DNA of 64,000 nucleotides from Lytechinus pictus (Eukaryota): NCBI RefSeq assembly GCF_037042905.1, contig NC_087249.1, positions 8,682,001 to 8,746,000 of the forward strand, read 5' to 3'. Shown piece by piece: positions 1 to 13,635 of this stretch (position 1 is its first letter; each line of letters starts with the position of its first letter). The notes under the pieces were generated by a model. It saw only the letters and a program-made list of their open reading frames with translations, ran no database searches and was not told where the DNA came from. The position numbers and the translations under genes were made by a program.

Positions 1-5
1 AAAGA

Positions 6-1590
6 TTGGATAGAAACCGCCAAGGAGGCGGTGTAGCAGTTTACATCTCAGAGAGAATTACTTATTGTCGTAGATATGATCTGGAAATTGGAAAAATAGA
101 GGCATTATGGGTTAAGGTCAATTTCAAAAAATCAAAATCCTTACTTATTGGTACATTCTACAGGGCACCAAGGTCAAATGTAGAATACCTCAGTGGTATA
201 GAACAAACATTAGCTAAAGCCTCGGAATCTAATCTTGAAATAATTGTCTTGGGTGACTTTAACTATAATATGATGTGTAACAGAGAATCAAAGGTGATAA
301 AGAAGCTCTGTGATCAGAACAGTATGAAACAGATCATAAAGCGCCCTACTAGAATCACTCAAACTAGTGGTACCCTTATAGATCTTATAATGACTAATGC
401 CCCACAGAATATAATTGAAAGTAATGTCATTTCACTGGGGATAAGTGATCACAATCTGATATATGCAACACGTAAACTCTTCAAACCTAAGTTACCTCCT
501 CGTACAATAAAATATCGATCATTTAAAGGATTTGATATCAATCAATTCCTAAGCGATCTACAGAATGCCGACTGGACTTTTTGTATGTCGCAAAGAGATC
601 CAAATGTTGTTTGGGAATCATGGAAAGTATTTTTTTTAAATATATGTAACAAGAATGCTCCCATTGTATCACATGTCATGAGAGGTCAAAAAACACCATG
701 GGTAAATGATGAATACAGTAATCTTTCTCATAAAAGGGACAAGCTTCAAAAATTAGCTGACTTGAGTAGTAATCCTTCTCATTGGGTTGAGTATAAACAA
801 GTGCGAAATTATGTAAATAACCTGAGAAGGACATTGAAAAAAGAGTATTATCATAATAGCATTGTCGACAATCGTAGAAACCCTAAGCAACTATGGAATG
901 TACTTAGAGATGTGACTCCTAATAAGAAATCGAAAAAACAAGCAATTGGATTATGTATCAATGGTACAATGGAATTAGATACAAATAAATTAGCCCAGGC
1001 ATTTAATAACTTCTTCCTTTCTTCTGGATCTGGTCCGAAACCCGACAATCCGACCTCATGTAGGAATGTTAGACTTGAAAAAAATGATACTGAGTTTCAC
1101 TTTGAGGAAATCACTGAAGCATTTGTGCTTGCTGAATTGAACAAAATACAAGCCTCAAAGTCCTCTGGACCTGACGGATTACCCCCTAAACTATTAAAAA
1201 CAGCAGCACCTATTATTTCAACTCATCTAACTCACTTATTCAATTTATCCCTTCAAACCGGACAAATACCAGATGAATGGAAGAAGGCAAATGTCACTCC
1301 TATTCATAAAGGGGGTGACACCAATAGTACAAATAACTTTAGACCCATTTCGGTCATCCCTATAGTAATGAAGATATTTGAACGATCAATAAATAGTCAA
1401 TTGACAGACTACCTTAATGCCCATTCTATGTTTGCACCTCAACAATCAGGATTTCGGGAAGATCATAGTACAGATACTGTTATGGCTTACCTAAGTGATT
1501 TTGTATACAAACAAATGGATCAGGGTCTGCTGACACGGATGGTTTTTTTAGACTTTCGCAAGGCCTTCGATTCCGTAGACCATGAACTTC
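6..1590 (+). mobile_element. Non-LTR retrotransposon ORF2 fragment (CR1/L2-group): APE endonuclease plus N-terminal part of RT, truncated at the 3' end
   Basis: ORF 6..1793 has EN motifs (GGGVAVY, GDFN, IDL, SDH) and RT motifs (GPDG, WKKANVTPIHKGG, NFRPIS, QSGFR, FLDFRKAFDSVDH). RT-like sequence stops after DHELL (~1590); the rest of the ORF is unrelated read-through, and the QG and YADD motifs are absent. Confidence 0.92.
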
Positions 1591-2094
1591 TGAGAAGGAG
1601 TGAACAAAAGAAACAAAAGAAACCCGCATGCAAACGTATTGCATACGCTGTGTACATATGCGAAATGGGTTCGGCTAGAGACTTTGATCTGACCCATGGA
1701 ATCAATTGCCATACATATAAAAATAATAAAATAAAAAGAGGTGTTTTGGTTCGCACCAAGCTCATTGACTATGCAAAAACCCTCTTGTCATGAATATCAC
1801 TTGGATAAAAGAAGCTACTTTTTCAGGGCTTGCGGACTGACTGTTCACTTTTCTGTCTTCTCTTATTTTTCCTCATTTTCCCTCTTCTCTTTCCCCGTTT
1901 TTCTCTTTTCTTTCGTTCCCCTTCCTTTTTTATGCGGGGGGGGGGGGGCGGGGGAGCCGGGCCTTTCCCTGGATCCGCCTATGCCCTGTCGGCGGATGGT
2001 AAAGGGTTTTTTTTGCGCTCGCGAGCTGATCTGAACCACAAATCAGGAGTAGTACTGCAACAAGTCGGCAATGATACATAGAGTCACCGTAGAG

Positions 2095-2582
2095 GTCTAG
2101 TGCCAGTAGACCATTATGGTTATAAGATGAAATGAATATGCCTGTTGGACGAAATGATGATTGGACGAGATGGTGATTGGACCTATTGGTGATTGGACCC
2201 ATGGCAACGATACCAAATGATTGTTAGCCGAAATGGGTTTAGACAAAGTGATAGCGAACCAACTGAAGTCAGACCAAATGGAACATGGACGAAATGAGAG
2301 TAGACCAAGTGGTTATTAGACCAATTGGCTATTAGACCAAATGGTAATAGACGTGGTGATATTGGACAAAGTGGATATTGGACCAATTGAAAAAAAATAC
2401 AATTAGACTAAATGATAATAAACAAAACGGTTAGTAGACCAACTGGCTATTAGACGAGATGGTAATTAGACGAAATGGTTATTGGACTATTTTGATAGTT
2501 AATGCTTAAGTAATGGTAGACGAAATGATATCAGACCATGCGATAGTGGGGAAAAAGGCAGTAGACGTAATGGCAATAAACC
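2095..2582. repeat. Array of degenerate ~20-bp sub-repeats (tagacgaaatgg / ttggaccaa type), probably a non-autonomous DNA element
   Basis: Many variants of (t/g)agac(g/c)aa(a)tgg(t) in tandem, ending ...gcaataaacc. Confidence 0.6.
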
Positions 2583-2699
2583 GATAAATATCCATACAAA
2601 GAGTAATCCTGATTTCCAAATTCTCTTTCTCGTGTCTCAAAATACTTAGTGAAAGCATGTATTATATCTTATCTGTAGCTCGAGTCCTGAAGAAAATAC

Positions 2700-2873
2700 C
2701 GCTGCGACATTATGCGTTGCGACATGTGACATTATGCGTTGACACTTTGCTGCGACATTATGCGTTGCGACATGTGACGTTACATGGTTATGCGTTAGAA
2801 AAACTACGACATTATCGGGACATTATGCGTTTACTGCGACATTATGCGTTGGTGCGACATTATCGGTTGCAAC
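2700..2873. repeat. Short tandem sub-repeat array (cgacattatgcgtt)
   Basis: Repeated gcgacattatgcgtt / cgacattatcgg motifs; these account for the RHYAL repeats in ORF 2657..2914. Confidence 0.75.
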
Positions 2874-3189
2874 AAGGCTGTTGTAATGAGTTTGATGTAA
2901 TGCATGTATGTTAGTTTGATTTCATTAAACTTGACAACTCGTAATAGGGAATATAGTTTTGGCATCATGTCCCAGTCCGGTTCAAAACGACGTAAATTGA
3001 GCAAAATAGCGTCTTTCTTCAGGAGAAGAGATTAGGAGGATCCACAGGAAGATGTGGCAGAAAATGTATCAAATGAGTCTACAACTGCCAGTAAAGAAGA
3101 AGCCTCAACCTCCGAACCTAGCAGCGACCAACATGACCAGCAAGACCAACAAAGTGTCAACAAACCTGTGATTGTGAATGTCTTGCATC

Positions 3190-3330
3190 TCATTATCGTT
3201 ATTATTTATAGCATTATTATCATAGGCCCTACTTAATATTATTATTATTATTATCATTATTATTATTATTTTTATTATTATCATTATTATTATCATTATA
3301 TAATTATTATTATTATTATCATTATTATGA
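3190..3330. repeat. (ATT)n/(ATC)n microsatellite
   Basis: Seen directly. Confidence 0.9.
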
Positions 3331-3829
3331 ATAGGGAATAGTATTATCCCCTTGTTTTGTTTAGTGTCCTTTTGTTCTTCACTGTTGTTATTTTACTATT
3401 ATTACACTTTTTATCGATGAGATTATCCAGCAGTAGTATCATGGTGATTATAATGACGTGTTTTGTTTTTTGCCAAAGAATGTACAGATAGACCTATTAT
3501 TAAAGCACCGCTGTCTGAAAGTAGGAAGTTATATCTTGTTTTATATATATCGTGTTCATGACTCTCCTTTGATTAATAGTGTAGAATGATGCCATCATTT
3601 GAATAAACTTAGTGATTTGTAAATGTTGATGACATATGTATATGTGCGTGAGAGAGAGAGAGAGTGTGTGTGTGTGTGTGTGAGAGAGAGAGAAATATGC
3701 ATGATGGGTGTGTGGATATCCGTTAGCTTGAAGTGGATGATTTATTCATGAATTCATTTCAAATGTAATCTCTAATAAAACCATTAAAACCATCATGGGG
3801 TAAAAAAGATAATAATATTGGAGCGGTAT

Positions 3830-6300
3830 TTGCCATATGGACATATCATTGACAATTCCTTGCATATCTAAAAACATGATTGCAAAAAAATGCCAAAATA
3901 TTTCAATCACCCCCCCCCCCCCCACCCATCAACACGGATTTACGCCAGTGTACCTAATATCAATTGGAATTTGTTTCTGTTAGTTATTTTCATAAATTCC
4001 GGCAGTACCTCCTTTAACTTGTTAAATAATTTATTTCGGGGTTCTTCGAGGGCCTTACAGAGTACAGTAAAATGGAATTCATCCTCTACATAAGTCGAAC
4101 AGACAGGGCATATTCTATCGTTTACAGCAATCATATTATATCTACCTTGTTCTATCATAAGATTACTATTGCTTATTCTTAACTTTGCAAAATTAGTGAT
4201 GTGAGTCTTTTCAATATCTAATAATAGGTATTTTTCAATCTTATAATCTTTTTTCAGTGTTTTATAGGTTCTTAGTTTATTGCATTGGTCATGGGAATGT
4301 TGGGTGTTATCGTTAAGACTGTTTTTCCATGATATTATATACCGATCATTGAGTTTGTTCACAATTGCTTTCAGAAGTGCTCTTTTTTAGAAGGTTCCCT
4401 GGTTTTCCCACACATGAAGGAAACCGATTTGTTTTAATAATATTCGTATGTAATTTTGGAACCCGTTGTTAAAATGAAGCGACACATCATATGCTCTTTT
4501 TACAAGACTGATATCTTTTATTGAAATTACGTGATGCCAGTATCCGATGCTATGTTTTAGAGCTGAGATATATAGGGGATATCGCCCAAACTCGGCCAAA
4601 ATAGCACTATAAGTCGCTGATCTATGAACGCCAAGAACCGTTTTCAAGTATTGGTTATGTATCTTTTCAGGAAGAAATGATTTATACAGTTTTTCTATTT
4701 CTTTATCTTCACGTAAGAGCGTTGGTAAACTCCGAATTTCAGTACAATATAATAGGATGGGTTTTACACATGAGTCAAATAATTTTAAATGTGGAAGTGC
4801 TGCAACTCTATTGTCTGGTATGGTGTTTCTAATACAAAAAGTGGCTTTCTTTGCTTTCCACATTAACTGTTTGATAGCTATCGTGACGGAACCAGAGGGT
4901 TTAAATATGAGTCCTTAATATTTGTATTCATCTGTTATATTGACGGGGGCAGTATCTGTAAGGAACATTTTTTTTCTTATTACCCGTCCGGCTTTATTAA
5001 ATATCATTATTTGTGTTTTTTCATGTTAATCTTAAGATCCCATCTATTACAGTAATCATTTAATTTATTTAAACATGTTTGGAGCCCAGTTGCGGTCTCG
5101 GAAAGTACAGTATTACAAGATCATCTGCATATAACAAACAAGATATTTTATTTTGATCCAAACTCACAGGCCTACACTCGTCATCAAATTTATCGACTAA
5201 GTCATTGATGTATAGCGAAAACAGTATTGGGCTACGTATGCATCCTTGTTTTAGTCCTACAGATGTATTAGAATAAGGCGTCCGTCCTTGTAATTTAACA
5301 GAAATTTTAACTTTTACATACATATCTTGTAAAATATTTAAATAATCACCACATACGAATTTTTTTTTCAATTTTTGAAATAGGGCCTTCCTGTTTATCG
5401 AGTCGAACGCTTTTTTAAAATCAACAAAGCATGCATGTACATATGTATTTTTTTTGAAAGCCTGATTTATTATGGATTTAAGGGTAAGTATATGGTCAGT
5501 GGTATACGGTTCCACTTTCTAAATCCTATCTTCTCTTTACATCTTATATTGTTGTCTTCTTTGTAATCATTCAGTCTATTGTAAAGAATTCTAGCGAAGA
5601 GCTTGCCCAGACAACTCGTTAGAGAGATACTTATATAGTTATCAGGGTTATCGACTGACCCTGATTTAAATATTGGCTTAATCAAATTCCTCCTCCAACT
5701 CTCTGGATAAATTCCCGTTTTTTAAATTGCATTAAAAATGTTTGTTATTACGTCAACATTAAAATTACAGGAGATGGTAAGCATTTCATTTAGGATATTA
5801 TCGGGCCCACAGGATTTATTTCTTTTCAGTGATTTTATGGCATTCAGTACTTCTTGTTTTTTTTACATTGAAATTTAATACATTACTTCTGTTATCCCTA
5901 AACGTAGGATCTGACTGGATGTTTTCAGGTTGTTCAGTATACTGGTTTTCATGATTCTTGTTCATTAATTGTTTTATGTAGTCAAACCATTCACCAGGGG
6001 ATATATTTGAACTGGTTTTCTTTTCTTGTTTGTGTTTAAGATATCCACTATGTTCCAAAAACTAGATGTATCTTTTCTCTCTAAGTTATTTATTTTCTCT
6101 AAGACATTCCTTTTGTAGTTTCTATACTTTTTACGCGTCATCTTTTTAAATGCTTTCCTTTCATGTAGATTTTTTTGTCTTAATTCTGTGTCCCAGGGTT
6201 TGAGTTTCAGTTTCCTACAGTAACTCTTGATAAATTTTATTTTATTTTTGCATTCAGGGTCAAACCATGGTTTATTTTTCTTTATATTGCGCACCTTTTA
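3830..6300 (-). mobile_element. Decayed, frameshifted non-LTR retrotransposon ORF2 (RT plus C-terminal CCHC-like region)
   Basis: Collinear minus-strand ORF pieces: KPWFDPEC (5974..6294), IKPIFKSG..PDNY (5470..5685), FVDFKKAFDSI / GLKQGC / LLYADD (5069..5515), AELGRYP-like AEFGRYP (4387..4863), IEQGRY..RICPVC..VEDEFHF..C (3940..4362). Confidence 0.9.
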
Positions 6301-7298
6301 TCTCTTATTTCTTGAAATACCCCCAGCTGCTTTTTGTGTGCACCTTTAAGGGTGCAGGTAGCTGTATTAAGCACCCTATAGCGTACAGTGATGAACCATG
6401 TGTCATGTAATCAAGGTGCAAATTTGAACTATTTTAACGGCAAGTATTATGTACCTTAAAAGGTGCAAAGTTGCACCTTTGAATGTGCAGACAGTGCAGT
6501 CAAGCATTCATTGGTGCAAATAATAATAATAAAGGTGCATTTTCCACCTTTTTCCACTTAGATTACAAGATTGCTCCCCAAATGGTTGGTACTTGTATTT
6601 CATTTAGGGTTCAAAGAATTCTTAATGTGTACGGTATGATTAAACGTATTTATAGAAACTTGGTAATTTGGTAACAAATAGTAATTCCGACTAAAAATCA
6701 AAGTAACAAAGAATATATACAAAGTAACATTGATTAGTTCATTATCAGCCTACATTACCAAACTGGAGTTGAAATCAAGAAATATCTCACACGATATACA
6801 TGATATAACTTATGATTAATCCTTGGTAATGTAAGCTAAGTGACTACTTATAAAAGTCTTTCCTCGCAGTATATAGGTGGGTCAGTGGGTCAGTGTTTAG
6901 AGGATATTGGACTCAGATCGTGAGGATGTGAATTCCAATCCCCGTTCTGTCATTGTCTCCACTTTGAATAAAAAAAAAAAAGGACCTGGGAGTAATTATT
7001 GTGCCGTCTATAACGTAGGCTACTTATTAACGTAGACGTATAATGTTTCCTATATGTCATTAGTTATAACAGCTTGGCGCTATACCAGCGGAAAGCTGTA
7101 GTTCCTGCGGGAGCTACAGTAACAGAAAACGAAACAGGCATATAAAGCTCCTGCCTTAAACAGGAAGATATATTATTGACCCACCATGGATCCTACTAGA
7201 ACCATGGACCTATATAGGTCCATGCTAGAACTCACTTCCCAACCTGAAAACCGTTCACATTCAATTACACACACTCTGGTTCATGTCCATTCAACCAT

Positions 7299-7334
<36 letters not shown>

Positions 7335-7834
7335 ACATACACACACACACCACCACACACATCCTCTCCGCACATACCCTCACGCACCCGCACGCATACA
7401 TAGGCCTACCTCATCCTAGCACCCCCACACACACACATCTGGGCAATGTACGTCCGACCCCCTATTTGTGGGACCTTCGTGAAATTATCTGAGTCCTTGT
7501 TCTTTGGACAGTCTGTAATGTTATCAAAGGACCATGACTTGGTCAATTTATGAAGTGAAGTAAAACTTGAGAAAAATGGGGGTCGGACGTACAAAAGTGT
7601 TGATCATTTTATGGAATTGCCCATCTGTAAATAAGTATCAGCCCAATATAAACATAATGTGTGAAAATAAAAATAACTAAAATAGACATCATCACAAGCC
7701 ATAAAGGGGATTATTAGTACATCTAGCAATTACCATTCTACATGTGGCAAAGTAACAACTTTTAAATTCAAACAGTTGTGATTGATATTACTATGTTCGA
7801 AAAAGAAATTTCTAGTCTCTTAGCAGCTGAGCCT

Positions 7835-8215
7835 TCAAGTGCCACGTGGAACCGTACGGAATGCGGTGGAAATGGTTTGGAGCAGTGAGATCAATCCAAT
7901 TATTCGTTTTTCCTACATATATTTGAAATATCTTTTAAAACTGATGACATTCATAGTTTTTATTAAAAAACAAAGTCAATCGCCCGGCGTTGCCAACAAC
8001 TTTCAATCTCTTCAGTGAAGCCGCAAATAAAAGAAGAAAAACAAACTTTCTCAAGATATGAGAAAGGAAAGAAAGTGCAATCACATCATTATTCTGCAGG
8101 TATTATTTCATTCTTCCAAAATAAATGAATTTTGTAATCGAAAATGACCGCATGAAAAACAACATACTCGTCGAAGCTTACAAATAGAGGATTGTCTAGA
8201 GATACATATTCAGAC
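7835..8215 (+). promoter_or_regulatory. Candidate promoter of peptide gene A (conserved CACGTG box; TATA-like tacaaatag 8179-8187; Inr-like TCAGAC 8210-8215)
   Basis: The block is conserved in copy B (37355-37740), with the same 31-bp spacing between TATA-like and Inr-like motifs. Motif roles are inferred. Confidence 0.35.
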
Positions 8216-8306
8216 GTCAAAGACGACAACAGTATTCGCTATTAACAAGTTTATCTGACCCTGTACTCGCACGATCCTGCAACCTTTGCTCAAGTCTTGA
8301 AACAAG

Positions 8307-11249
8307 ATGAAGTCCACGCGATTCGCCATTCCTCTCTTCATGGTACTCATCTTCATTGTTTACCAAGCTTCTTCATCTCATGGTAAGTAAATTATCACAA
8401 TAAAAAAATAACACGTTTCATTACGGTAAAGGAGAATGAAACCCTGGTAACAAGTAAGCTTGATTTAAGACAGAAAAAAATTAAGAAAATAAATCAATGA
8501 AAGTTTGGAAGAAAAAAAACCCAAATAATAAGAAAGTAACGAGCATTTAAAATTTGAGATCACTAAAGATATGAACATCCTCTTATTGGCAATGCCACCA
8601 AAATGTGTGATTTCACGCTTGTACAACTTCCCGATTATTTTTTTACACATTTTACTTCAATTGTAATTTTCTCAAGTCTATCCAGAGATCAGGGTCATGT
8701 CTTACAAAGAGTTAAGTCGATGCAATCAATCTCAATTGTATGGAAATCCAATCCTCGTAATTCAAAGTTAAAAGTTTAGGGGAAGATCCTTTGCTCATAC
8801 ATTCCCCACATTGAGGAACAATAGCCTTCCTGAAGACATAAACTAAACCGTCTCTTTTGAGTCTTCAACATCTCAAATCTATTTTAATTCAATTTGTAGC
8901 TCTTAATGCGCCCCGGGCACTCTTCAGAGTGGTATGTGACTTTTAAAGTCACATTTTGATTATACTTATTATCTATTAATAGTTAGTTTGACATTCACTT
9001 TGTTATTTAAAACAAGACTATCAGATTAGAATCAGATTTCTAAACAAAATGAAGTATACTATTTTTATTCATTTCCATTCTTTTTTTTTAAGTGGATTAA
9101 AATTCAAAAGTTTTGAATAAAAAATTGAGTCTTTTCCGTTCATGTCGTGTAATTTCATTGTTAAATATTTCATTCTATAAACATCTGAAAAACAAGGGTT
9201 TCTCCCCCGAAGTCGCAATTGTTTCCCTAAAATGTAAAACAAAGTCGAATAACTGCTTAAACTATTCATCAATCAACCGAATTGATAGGGTATTGTTTTC
9301 AAATCTGAAAATGTATTATCATTTTCTATTATTACTACTCGTCTAAATGACTGGGTGGGATAAAATCAAACGGGAAGGTTGAAATTTGGCCGGTATAAAT
9401 CATGTAGTTGAGAAGTTATTTAAGGGACGATTTCAGGATAGAACTCAATAACATGATGAGTACAGTAGGCATGTTCGTATACAGTTTCTTTTACAGGAAT
9501 TTCAAGTGTCATAGGCCTACTCCGGTTTTATTCAATATGTTTGACTTTTGTTCGTCGTGTAGGTTTCGTATATACTGTTCCCAAAGATGTGGATGAGGAA
9601 AGAGCATCTGGTAAGTTTTAATCCTATACTATCTAATTGTTTTTTACGTCACATCATTGGTGCTATTGTGGAGATATAGAGATAGGGACAAAATAACGAA
9701 GAAATGTGTCAAATGAACAGACGGAGGATCAAAAGAATAACGATATAAATTGACAAATTTAACAAGGATATTAATAAGAATGAGGGTCTGTGTAAGGACT
9801 GTCTGCATGTACCCAGATCCCTGAAGCTCTGCCATTTTCTAGGTTCGAATCCTGGTCACGTCTTGCGGATGGTGGCGTTGATTCCATTCAAATCAATATT
9901 GTTTTATTATCCACTTCCAGTTTTTCATATTTACAATGATGATGCAGTTAGCATAGCCTCGTAGCATAATATGATCACATTTCAAGAACGTGTATAGAGA
10001 TGAACGTAGACATTAAAATATTAAAAGCAAAATATCAGAACAAAATATAAATAATTGAAACGGATTGTGGGGCCAACTATAAAGTAGAGCTTGAATGACG
10101 TTGGAAACTGTTCAAAAGAAAGAAACACCTTAAACGTTTTCCCATGATTTTTTTTTATTAGATTTTATTTAAAAATAAATATCGATACATGTATGTCCAT
10201 ATCAATAAATCAAACACGAAGGAATGAAACATCTTTACTCCTAGCTTTTTCATCTTGTTTTTTTTTTTTGGGGGGGGTGTTGTATGCACTTGTACGGAAG
10301 TGTGGAAATAGTAGAGGTATTGTAGTTAACGTCTCAGTCTTATGCTGCAACACCTTTATTTTTTTATTGCTGTCTTTACTCTAAGGTCTTACTCTTCCTG
10401 ATTAAATGCCTTCATTTTTCATTTTGATAAACGGATCATCCTGAAAATTGCAAATAATAAAGGCATGTCATTTTTACTCATTTTGCGTGTAATCTCTATG
10501 GGACATGACTTTTTCTCTAAACTAGATTCTACATTCCTCTATTTCGTGAGCCATATCTCCATTTTTACTTGTCACTTATCCCTAAGCTTTTAGTATGTTG
10601 TAGCTGAGATTCTAAGCTTTCGGAAATGTTGTCTTTATTTTTCGATCAGATGCCGGGATCATGCCCGTATTTCGCTTGCAAAATTGGATTCGAGATTCTC
10701 GTATTTTGAATACGTGTAAAGTCTATGGGAAATATTGGGCGTCAGACTTGCATCTCATTCAATCATGCGGGCAGGGGTTCGAGTCCGAGGGTGAACATGA
10801 TTTTTTTTTTACTTTCTTGCGCACGATCAATTATAAGAATTCTAATAAATAATAGTTAAAATATTGCAAAATAAACAGATTACTAGATTTTAATTCGTCA
10901 TACGGACGAATTAGGTGGTCTGTCGTATAGATAGATAAACAGAAAAAAAATATTTAAACAAATACTAGATTGAAAGATAGATAGAGAAACAGACATACAT
11001 ATTCAAACAGATACATATAAGATAGATAATTATATATATAGATGGATGGAAGGATGGATGGAGTGATGGATGGAGAAATTAATGATAGTTGGTTATATCA
11101 ATAAAACATAGATAGACAGACAGATATATAGATTGATAGATAGAGAGAGATGAGACAGACAGAAAGATAGATATAGAAAGATAGACATATTCAAACAGAT
11201 GGATATACATTAGATAAATATATAGATAGATACCCAGACAGACATACAT

Positions 11250-11320
<71 letters not shown>

Positions 11321-13599
11321 TATAGATAGATAGATAGATAGATGGAGACAGGCTGATAGATGGATAGATAGATAGATGGAGACAGGCAGATAGATGAATA
11401 GGTAGATAGACATATTTAAACAGATATATATATATACATATATATATATATTAAACAGAGAGAGAGAGAGAGAGATAGATAGATAGACAGATAGATATAC
11501 AATGTAGGTAGATAGACAGACAGACAGACATATGGATAGATAGATAGATAGAGTGAGAGAGAGAGAGAGAGAGACATATTCAAACAGATAGATATATATT
11601 ATACAGAGAGATAGATAGATATGTCATGTAGGTAGATAGATAGACAGACAGATATATAGATAGAAAGATAGATAGATTTATAACATAGATAGCGGATAGA
11701 TAGACGGATATGATTAGATAGATAGCCAGACAGACATACATATAGATAGATAGAGACAGGCAGATAGACGGATAGATAGATAGATAGATAGACATATTAA
11801 AACAGGTAGATTTATATATTAGACAGAGAGAGAGAGAGAGATCGATAGATAGATAGACAGATAGATAGATATACTGTACAATGTTGGTAGATAGATAGAC
11901 AGACATATAGATAGATAGAAAGATAGATAGATTTATAACATAGATAGCGGATAGATAGACGGATATGATTAATATGAAAAAAGTAATTATAATCTGTTTA
12001 TTTTGCAATATTTTAACTATTATTTATTAGAATTCTTATAATTGATCGTGCGCAAGATAGTTAAAAAAAAAATCATGTTCACCCTCAGACTCGAACCCCT
12101 GCCCGCATGATTGAATGAGATGCAAGTCTGACGCCTAACCGATTGAGCTAGAATATTTCCCATAAACTTTATACGTAAGCAAAATACGAGAATCTCAAAT
12201 CCAATTTTGCAAGTGAAATACAGGCATGATCCCGGCATCTGATTGGAAAATGGAGGCAACATTTCCGAAAGCTTAGAATCTCAGCTACAACATACTAAAA
12301 GCTCAGGGATAACTGACAAGAAAAAATTGAGATATGGCTCACGAAAAAGAGGAATGTAGAATCTAGTTTTGAGAAAAAGTCATGTCCCATAGAGATTACA
12401 CGCAAAATGAGTAAAAATGACATGCCTTTATTATTTGCAATTTTCAGGATGATCCGTTTATCAAAATGAAAAATGAAGGCTTTTTTAATCAGGAAGAGTA
12501 AGACCTAAGCTACAACATATCCAAAATTGGGCAAAAATTGACCAATATTCACGGAGTTAGAGCCAAAATAGCATAATTATTATGATGTCATAACACGCAA
12601 AATTAATATTTTGATTTCCGACGCCATTTTGATGACGTCATAATATAATTGAGGGTAAAATGAGACATGAAATTATATTTCTTATTCATACTCTATCAAA
12701 AAATGAAAAAAAAAATGGGGGGTCCCTATGCGTTCTAAACAGCTACAGTGAATTTTTAATAGGCATGTTTTTGCCCATATATCGCCTATAGTGAGAGCTC
12801 GCGCGCACACGTGCTGTAAACTTTAACAGGTGTTTATTTCATTATTAATGGTCGTAGAGGGTTGATCAAGGTATCAAACTGCTCAGAATTATGTTATCAA
12901 TGCAATGATATAAAAAAAAACGGTGTTTCTGCGTTTCATTAAGGCGTTACGCGCAGAATCGCGCGCGCAAACGTGTGCGCGCGCACATTTTTGAAATGCT
13001 TAGAATGACCTAAAACGTACTCTACTTTGGTCAAAAAGTGATTTTGAGCATTTTAAAATTTTGACGCGCGCGTACGCGCGCGTCGTGACCTCCAGATGAC
13101 CTTTGATGACATTAATTAATTACCCTTGACCTGAAGTTGATGTCATGTAAATTTGATTGATTTTTGATAATTGATAATGGAGATATGATTGATAATGTGA
13201 TTTTACAAAATGGCGTCTAGATGACGTCATCATGATTTGATGACCTTGAAAAGCCTTTTTTGGCGTTTCCATGACAGATCCTATATATGAAATGAAATTC
13301 AATGAAATCGACATGGTCAAATTCGAGATATCTTGGTGACAAATATATGGCCATTAGAAATAAATAATAAAAATAAAAATAAAGAAAATTCTGACGAAAT
13401 CAAGAGGTGATCTGTCAGAGACAGACCACCTAATAATTACTTTTTTTCATATTATATCTATCTAATCATATCCGTCTATCTATCCTCTATGTTATAAATC
13501 TATCTATCTTTCTATCTATATATCTGTCTGTCTATCTATCTACCTACATGACATATCTATCTATCTATCTCTCTGTCTAATATATATCTATCTGTTTGA

Positions 13600-13635
<36 letters not shown>

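Noticed and set aside
2095..2873. Short regularly spaced repeats resembling a CRISPR array
   Set aside because: Repeats are degenerate, there are no unique constant-length spacers or cas genes, and the context is eukaryotic.
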